A stretch of 53,884 bases of DNA, filler included, from Catajapyx aquilonaris (lineage: Eukaryota): NCBI GenBank assembly GCA_000934665.2. It is 2 parts of 2 records of this genome, joined end to end, with 100 filler letters (N's around TTAATTAATTAA, not from the genome) between each part and the next. Parts side by side here need not be neighbours in the genome. Positions count along the whole stretch, not along the records: positions 27,065 to 53,884 come from KZ539294.1; 1 more part is not named here. One strand, 5' to 3'. A model generated the notes under the pieces. That model was not told the origin of the DNA. It was given only the letters and a program-made list of their open reading frames with translations, and ran no database searches. This document shows, in pieces, positions 45,901 through 53,884 of this stretch. Position numbers and translations under genes: made by a program. Numbering within the stretch: position 1 is the stretch's first letter; every line of letters starts with the position of its first letter.

Positions 45901-48900
45901 ACGGTATGACAGGTAATTGCAATATGGACGACCTTGCAGATGCTGTTGTGTATAGGGTAAATGCACCGTGTTTCGACATAAATCTTCATAGTGGTTAGCT
46001 AATTTTTGGCATGGACCCATCTTCTATAACTGGCTACATCTTTGACGTTTGATGCCAATTGCTCCACTGAGCCTTTCCCAATCAATTCATTGCAAGTCCA
46101 AGCTTGAGTAGATTATTCCATTCGGCATAACATTATCAGCTAACGCTTTGTTGATAACCACTCAAAGTACTGTAGCTATTCAAACACAACTGAATACATT
46201 AAGCAGATTAATGCAAAAATGTGCTAATTACAAACATTTCACTCGGAAACCCGTAATGCGTCAATAAGAAAAATTGCATCGACCTAATCTACATTGCCAG
46301 TATATTATTGTCAACTATTTCCTCTTATATATGCCTACCCAGTTTATGTAACAATATTTAACACTGTAAAGACTGACTTTGACCTTTGATGGGACATGCT
46401 ATATTCATCTACATTGTCAGTATGTTATTGTAAACTATTTCCTCTTGTATATGCCTACCCAGTTTATGTAACAACACTGTAAAATTACAGTGTTGGTAAA
46501 CTGGGTAGGCATATATAAGAGGAAATAGTTTACAATAACATACAGGTACTGACTATGTAGATGAATATAGCATGTCCCATCAAAGGTGTTAATAGTTGTG
46601 ATAATTAATGAGGAGGCATTGTGCTAGGTAGAAACATCCACAAAGGTTGGTAATGATATGGGAGAGAAATAAAAACACGTCAGGTGAATGGAAAGAGTCT
46701 TGAGAAGGTCACCATAGGAATAAAGACCGGTTGAGAGATCACGCAAAGTCAAAACTAGGTTACGGATATCAAGTGATTGTCGAAAGGTCAGACTTGTAAA
46801 GTGTAAAATATTAGCAAAGTTAATTGGACATTTGTTAGAGGCAAACTGGGGATTTACCTAAGAGTTATTTCTCACGAAAGTGATGGACTTGTGTTTATAG
46901 CTATGTGGTGGGAAAATAACCGCGGTATTGTGCAAATAATTCAAATACTGGTGTGGGAGTGACTCATATGTTGTCTGACGAAGAAATGATGCGTAGATTC
47001 GAGTAGAATATTAAATTTATGTGTGGAAATCACGTTTTGTATCGAACCGGTTTTGACAATAGCACTAAACAATGACCTCATGTTACAAAGATAAAAGAAG
47101 TTTTTTCCTATTGGTGACGCATCCTGCTTTAATGACCAGCTTGTGATCAACAGTGTTGACTAGCGAATCCGAGACATTATGGCATGGCATTTGTGTATCT
47201 CGCTACGACCGAATTCTCGCGAGCTTGTGAACCGTTGTGAACACACCTTAAGAGTAAAAGAAAAAATATATATCTTGCTGTGAAACTGCTTGACATAACA
47301 ATAATAATGAACTACAGTACTCGTATAAAGACTTAGGATATTAATATATAAAGGTTGTGCTTTTTTTCTAGTAATGATCTTATACTTGCACGGAGAAGAT
47401 GGGGGTTTTTTCCCCATCATTCTGATATTGTCCAAGGGCACTTGAGTCGGTTCAACCTGTAAACAAGCTTCGCGAATCAAGGCCGGGAATCCCAAGAGTG
47501 ATCAGTGACAAGCAAGGCTTAATTGCAGGAAGTGAAAGCTATACAACATGTTAACAAGAAGCTGCCACTTGATTTTTATCACATTACTTTGGCTTGGAAC
47601 CTTCAGACAATAATTGCTCATAAACATGGGATTTTCCAAGCGAGAAAGAATATGATGTAATAAAGTGTCACAAGTGAGTCATAGTGTCACAGATACTTTT
47701 CGATTGCAGCTGTGCGGGACCGGCGTCTCAAAATTCGTCGAGGTATTGTTGTTGTTGTTGTTCTTATGGAGACTATCTGGCCTTGTAATTTCGGGTTACG
47801 TACTCTAAATTTTCGTTTAGCAAAAGTACTTTTATGTATTATTGGAGAGGAGTTAAACACCTGGGACAGCATTCCAGAGAGCCATGTTGTTTGTTACCTC
47901 GAGAGTGGCGAAAATGCTAATAGGAACTGACAGTCCACGCTTCTCCAAACACTTGCCAATGTACTGTGTACCGTATGTCCCAGCATATAGTAACTAAAAA
48001 ATGACTTGACTGAGAGAGTTGATTTGTTTAAATATCTGTAGAAGCAGTTGACACCTAGCCATCTCCATGAAAACAAACTTTGTCTGTGTACTGCAAAAAA
48101 ATATCAAAGGGCCTAAAATCATTCTCCTGGCATGTCCCGATCTTCTTTTAAAACATCGCATACACAACGAGTTGCTTACAATTTTATCATTCACATTAGA
48201 CAAGTTCTAATACTATAATTCAACTGAAGCAGTAGTGGTGTAGTGGATATGGTGTCCGACTGCTAATCGGGAGGTCCTGGGTTCGAGTCCCGGAGGCCGG
48301 CGGTCCTGACCTTGGTTTTCTGTGGTTTTCCAAGGTCACTCCAGGGAAATCCCGGGATCGTACCGTTAATATAGGCCACAGCCGCTTCCTTTCTTTCCCT
48401 GGAGGAGGCGCGGTGTCGGTGGGGGTGGATTCCGGCCGCGCCTAGGGGGCTTTCTAAGCTTGGCCCCCTGAGGGACTGCACACGGCCCCCACCACAGGAC
48501 AATGCACTGCACCTTTGTTCCTCCCTCCCTGTCCCTGCACCGGTGAGATTGTAAAGTTAGAAAAATGGAGGAGATCTCCTCCCCCTGCATTGACCAATTG
48601 GTCTCAAGGGGGATCGCAAATAAATAAATAAAATAAATAAACAAAACTATAATTCAATTGTGCATACTTGAGGGTATAAATGATAAAACAACATTGTAAA
48701 AACAATAATCTAATCATTTGACATGACCTTACTGCATCACTCCAGAATGTCCTGATTAAAAAGAAGATCAGGGCACGCCAGGAGAATTATTTTAGGCCCT
48801 TAGACATTTTTCGCAGTAAAAAGTAATTGAATATTTCTCTTTGTTTGCATGGGGATGGATAGGTAGGTGTCAACTCAGTGCTTCTACAGATTTTTAAAAA

Positions 48901-50079
48901 ATCAACTCTCTCAGTCAGTCCATTTTTGAGTTACTATGCCAGGACAACGTATTCATTGTATTGGTAAGTTGTTTTTGGAGAATCACCCATGTATGACCAC
49001 GACTTCGCACTAAACAATCCGTCATTTAAATTTTACAATTTGGAAATATACGTATGTGTGTCATATGACGCATAGACTGCTTGAGAATTGCGCAACTTGG
49101 GACCTACCAGCTACCACCATGGGCGCCCGCACGTATGGGAAGCCCCCCCCCCTCCCCCCTTGATAACTAAAAAAGTCCAAAGTCATTGTAAGATTATTTT
49201 AGTAGGCCCCTAGGAACTAGGCGCGGTTTTATATAGGAGGATTCCACTGTACTCTGTCAGTTACATTCACCTAAGCTTGTGTGACCTTGAACCCCCCCCC
49301 CCCNNNNNNNNNNNNNNNNNNCCCCCCCCCCCCCCCCCCAATAAATTTCCTTCGGGCGCCCATGGCTACCACATATGAAAAAAAAGACAGGAATGGGCAA
49401 GTTGTGTAATAATAAAGTAACTCTCAAGGTAATGAGACATGACATACACAACCTACCTACATAGTCATTTATGAAAAGGAGAAAATATGATTCAGCATAG
49501 TCATGTGCAATAATTACTCGTTTCTTCCTGACGAGATAATCGAAGACAAATATTTGACCTTGCACTTCCTTACATGCTAGTGAAGAGAGAAAATCGTGAC
49601 TTGCTGGCTCATTATGAGTCCTTAGGGCTCAATGGACGTCACCAGGCAATAGAGCAGAAAATAATGCTATTTAGTGATGTAGATAACTCAAAATTGCGCA
49701 TATTTGACTTAGTAGCTTATATACCCATGATACACATGTATCATCTGGAGAGTAATCATTTCTATGCCACAGCCAAGTTTGCGCACATTCATATGTTCCA
49801 ATTGACGCAAGAGAATGATTAGCCTTCCTACCAGATTTATATAACAATATACTGCATGATGCAATTATTCTCAGCTGGAATTTTATTCGCCACTGACCTG
49901 ACACGAGATGGACTGGAGCCCCACCTGCAAATCAACTACCTGTCCAGCTTTCTTCTGACACACCTGCTATTACCTCGAATGAAAACGACGGGAACTACAA
50001 CGCAGAAGGCTCGTGTAATTTTCCTGTCCTCCACTGGACATGCCGCATGTCAAGTCACAGATGATTTTGAATTGCTCAG
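42964..50079 (+). CDS. Short-chain dehydrogenase/reductase, DHRSX / RDH11-14-like, 3'-partial
   Basis: Phase-consistent exons 42964-43099, 43981-44088, 45706-45879, 49875-50079. Motifs TGGTGGIG, LDLASFDS, IHCAG, TRDGLEPHLQINYL..FLLTHLLLP, RVIFLSS. The YxxxK exon is not in the window. Confidence 0.92.
45085..45508. mobile_element. Young Tc1/mariner-type MITE
   Basis: TA-CAGGGTGTATCTGAAC...CACCCTG-TA; nearly perfect TIRs of about 110 bp. Confidence 0.9.
46287..46587. repeat. Direct plus inverted local duplication
   Basis: 46287-46370 repeats at 46407-46482; 46382-46481 pairs with 46484-46587. Confidence 0.85.
47940..48983. mobile_element. Old long-TIR DNA element with SINE inserted near its centre
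   Basis: 47940-48152 is an imperfect reverse complement of 48757-48983. Confidence 0.65.
48224..48645 (+). mobile_element. SINE with family A head/core and a different 3' tail
   Basis: B box GGTTCGAGTCC; core shared with 1796; unrelated 3' half ending in (TAAA)n; TSD ACTATAATTCAA at 48212-48223 and 48646-48657. Confidence 0.88.
49118..49364. mobile_element. hAT-like MITE
   Basis: TIR CATGGGCGCCCG / CGGGCGCCCATG; perfect 8-bp TSD GCTACCAC. Confidence 0.85.
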
Positions 50080-50667
50080 GTATTAAGGCTATGGTACAAG
50101 TACTTGTAAGAGGCAAGTTCTAGAATTTAGTTGCAACTTATTCAATGCAATATAATAGCTTTAAATCCCAAGGGCAGATAGGGGTTTAATATACTATAGT
50201 GTGCTTCATATGAAGACCTGAATGTGAGAATGATCAGAGTCACATTTTACCTATTTTTAGATTAGGGTTTCAAGTTTGAAGGTTGCATTAATCTATGATG
50301 GTATGAATTGTGTCAAAAATATCTCGAGGTGACTGTGAATGCTTTATATCAGAAATATTGACTTGACCATTAGAAAAGTACAATTAATAAATCAGAAAGT
50401 ACAGTTCGATTACTATATTAAGCATTGTTTAACTCAATTTTGACGTAAATGTGATTCACATCATTGTGCATTTCAAGCCGCTTCCAGATATTATTCAGAC
50501 AAACTACTGTACTAGGCAAACTCTTGGGAACTAGAGAATGGCTTACAGTAGAGGCAATAAGCTATTCAACTGTTGTCATCTGGTTTTCTCAGCCTCGTCA
50601 TAAAGATAAGAGGCTTCAAGCACAAGTTGTAAAATATCCTGACATGCAGGGCTATCTCCGTGTGACT

Positions 50668-50984
50668 TTTTATTTTATTTTTATTTTTTTAATTATTATA
50701 TATATTTTTTGTTACCCCGTGATAGGGCTCGAGGCCCTCTTGGGGGGGATGGGGAAGTTCCCAAGGGAGGGCGCCATGCGATAGCCATTTCTGACATTCT
50801 TTAACACCAGGCCTTTTCTCCTGGCCCCGAGCAGAGAAGGGAGTGCAATTCTGCTCTGGCATGTCGGGTGAAAAGTGGAAAAAGACCCGGCCAAGCAGAG
50901 GTGACGAGGACGGGATTTGAACCCTGGCCTCCCGCTTGGCTGGCCAGTGGCGTAACCACTAGACCACCATGCCGCCCTCTCCAT
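50668..50984 (-). mobile_element. tRNA-derived SINE, family D
   Basis: Minus-strand A box TGGTCTAGTGG, B box GGTTCAAATCC, shared 3' hairpin, A-rich tail; imperfect TSD TGTGACTTT / TGAGACTTT. Confidence 0.85.
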
Positions 50985-52105
50985 GAGACTTTACCTTATG
51001 AAATTATTATACCAAGTATTTCAAAATTGAGTTAACATCCGTATCAGCGAAAGTTTTAAGGATCCTCATCGACTCGCTCTGTCACACAACCATCTAGTCT
51101 GGAAGTGAGCTACATACGCTGTTAGTCCAGTCATATTTATGATTCCACACCAAACTTGAAGGTGTGTTCACAAAAGAAGAGCATCCGATCAACAGATACG
51201 GATGTGAGCTAAATTCTGAAACACATGGTATAGGTGTCACTAAATAAGTAGTTTTTTCAGGAAGTATTTTTTGAAGTCATATATTTATCTGATGTGCTAC
51301 TAATATGCCATCTGTCCTTGACATCTCTAGAAAAGTAAGGCCAGTCCTCCATACCTAAAAGTTTCATAAGTTCTCTAGTTTAGAGCATAACAAGTTATTT
51401 TTTACTAATTGGTCATGATGCTAAAGCAGTCCACTTTTAAAAACCATTTTAGTTAGAAATGGTTTACCATTTTTTAACAATAGGTGTCTTCTGTTCTGCC
51501 AGCCTTAAATGGTGCAAATAATGAGTGGGAGAAACATATTTTTTTTACGAAGAAAACTTGTGTGTAGGTGCTCTGCATCTTGTACATTATGCAAGGTCAA
51601 TAAGTGTGCATTTGTACAAACAGACTGGAATAATTCCGTCGGAAAATATTTTCAAAGTTCCCAACAAATTGCATTGCTTTAATTTTACTGAAGCAGCCAT
51701 AATGAAGCTATCATTGCTTTCACAGTGAAATAGTTGCTCTCCTAAACTTCCCAGAACAGGTGGAAGGTTAGTACGATACCAAGTGGTGAATCATCACAGA
51801 AATATTTTGTTGTCAAACAGTAGCACATAATTATAGGGCACCTGATTAGTGGTTCAACAAAAAACTCTACAAACTCTACAAAAAACAACAAAAAAAGCAA
51901 AAAAAAACAAAAAAAAACTCTACAAAAAAGTAACAGCTTATCATGTGAAATCTCCTATAACCAAGAGTACTAATATACCTGGTACACCCTGTATATGGAT
52001 AAAATACATGTACAGGTCTGTCCTGCAGTGCCCCATAGTTTATCTTTTTAATCAGAATAAAATGTTGGTTCACAATGAATATAAAGGCTGGCATAGTCCC
52101 TGCAT

Positions 52106-53884
52106 GGGTAATTCCATGTGAGATCACCAAAAAAAAACTAAGATTCACCCCCTCTATTTTTTAATAAAACTGAAAATTGGAATATAAACTTACACCATAA
52201 CAATGAAATATAACATACACATTCTAGAATCTTGGGGTCAATAGTTCACAAGTTACAAGCAAATGAAAAATTCCAAAAACCGCATACACGTGTTTCAAAA
52301 TGGATTTATTTCTGAGTAGTTATTTATCTTACCTTAATTATTTTAGTATCAAATTTTTAGGAAAGGGGACTACTTTGCAATCTATATTTAAATTTTTTAA
52401 AAAGCTATGTTTCAAAACATTTTTATGGTGGTCAAAATCCATGACCTTTGACATTTCAAAAAATGTATTTTTGAAAATTACGTAAAAATGTACAATGACA
52501 CTACAGACATATATCTAACTTGCCCATAAATTTAAACGAACAATTTTGCTTCGTTTTTGAGAAAAATATCTAATCGATAATGATGTACTGCCAGGCTACC
52601 GACTGACCTCCAGTATTGAGTGCTTCTGCTTCTGCATGTCACTTACCCATAACTGTTCAAATACTTCTAATGTCAATTAAAGCCGTGGAATACATGTTAC
52701 CATACGAGTACATTACACACGTGTGTTTAAAAAAATCACAGAACACACATTATATGTCAGCAGTTCACGTGTTAAGTAACCAAAAAATTCCAACAGCAGG
52801 TGACTGTGCTGAGTGAATTTTTTTGCATCATGCCATGGGAAGGGGCCATGTGACGGAATTGGAGGGACAGTCAAAAGGATGACGGCCCGAGAGAGTCTGC
52901 ATCGGCCCACCCACAATCAAATTGTGACAGCACAAGACATGTACGCCTTCTGTCAGTCCACATCATGCAGCATCCACTTTATTTTTGTATATGCAATGAA
53001 GACGTCCAGGCAACGAAAAAAAAGTTGCACCCAAGAACTGAAGCAGCTGTCACTATTACGGGAACTCAGAAACTCCACAGATTTATACCAACAACTAGGA
53101 CTCAAATGAGGGTGCATTTTCTCTCTGCCAGCAATACCTCCAGGCTGGTGCAGGTGAGCAAGAACACCCAAGCAGCAGCAGAAGAGGAAGAAAAGGTTAC
53201 TTACGGTGTCGGATCATTCGTCGCATGCACTGCAGATGAAAAGGTGTTCTTAGGCCAGATTTCTGATGTGTCGACTGAGTTTGGGGACTACCATGTCAAT
53301 ATGATGCAGCAAGAGAGTGGTCATAACTACTGCGGGCCTCCAGGGGAAGACAGATGCTGGGTGTCAGTGCACAAAATCCTCTGCTCTGTGCAGTGTAAAT
53401 TCGACATAGTGACGGGAATTTACAATTTGACTGTGCAGGACATTGAAAAAATTGAATATCAACTCAAACATCGTGACAAGTAGTGACCGGAGAGGGTAAG
53501 AGACTATAACTTGAAATATTCCGATGCCTTCCTGTACTTCCTTTGTTCTCAATTTTTAACTACCGGTACCTTAGTGTTGCAGTTACAATAGTCTACATAC
53601 TGTAGTTGAAGCTAATGCAAGGTTTCACTTATGTTAATGTGCTGAGGAAGAAAGAAAGGTTCATAGTTGAAAATTATGTTCACCCGCTGTTGGAATTTTT
53701 TGGTTACTTAACACGTGAACTACTGACATATAATGTGTGTTCTGTGATTTTTTTAAACACACGTGTGTAATGTACTCGTATGGTAACATGTATTCCACGG
53801 CTTTAATTGACATTAGAAGTATTTGAACAGTTATGGGTAAGTGACATGCAGAAGCAGAAGCACTCAATACTGGAGGTCAGTCGG
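52106..53884 (+). mobile_element. Internally deleted Sola2-like DNA transposon, right end outside the window
   Basis: 52599-52803 pairs with 53680-53884 with 2 mismatches; probable left terminus GGGTAATTCCATGT at 52106. Confidence 0.7.
52804..53483 (+). pseudogene. Transposase C-terminal fragment (Sola2-like)
   Basis: FFASCHGKGPCDGIGGTVKR motif, then a frameshift near 52990 into ITGTQKLHRFIP...EDRCWV; the N-terminus is deleted. Confidence 0.75.

Noticed and set aside
48228..48295. tRNA-like sequence with a GCT anticodon loop (also at 1800, 13325; other tRNA-like heads at 11315 and 50910-50975)
   Set aside because: No proper acceptor stem; these are SINE heads followed by core, tail and TSD.
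51010..51830. Possible degraded coding sequence on the minus strand
   Set aside because: Many stops and no recognisable motif; cannot be supported without a search.
52616..53867. Two near-identical 66/68-aa ORFs on opposite strands
   Set aside because: The two copies of the transposon TIR, starting at non-ATG codons.

Overview
Eukaryotic genomic DNA with GT-AG introns, almost certainly an arthropod and probably a hexapod, with assembly gaps. It is not prokaryotic; I found no CRISPR array, rRNA or true tRNA gene. Five protein-coding genes can be assembled with phase-consistent exons: PAS kinase (PASK, minus strand, 3' end outside the window), TDP2 (minus, complete), a compact and divergent CRF/DH44-like neuropeptide precursor (minus), DTWD1 (minus, 5' exon not found and probably in the gap), and an SDR/retinol-dehydrogenase-like gene (plus, 3' end outside the window). 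Introns and intergenic DNA are full of transposon material: several tRNA-derived SINE families, MITEs of the Tc1/mariner, piggyBac, hAT and PIF types, a foldback element, mariner and Chapaev transposase fossils, and a young Sola2-like element. Highlights: (1) the atypical CRF-like peptide, with an internal GRR site and an in-frame intron; (2) one 3' stem-loop with compensatory changes shared by several unrelated SINE bodies; (3) several template-switch palindromes and a mariner-type excision footprint; (4) a candidate intronless coding fossil, possibly an endogenous viral element, at 22.9-25.55 kb. Family assignments come from remembered motifs, not from database searches.
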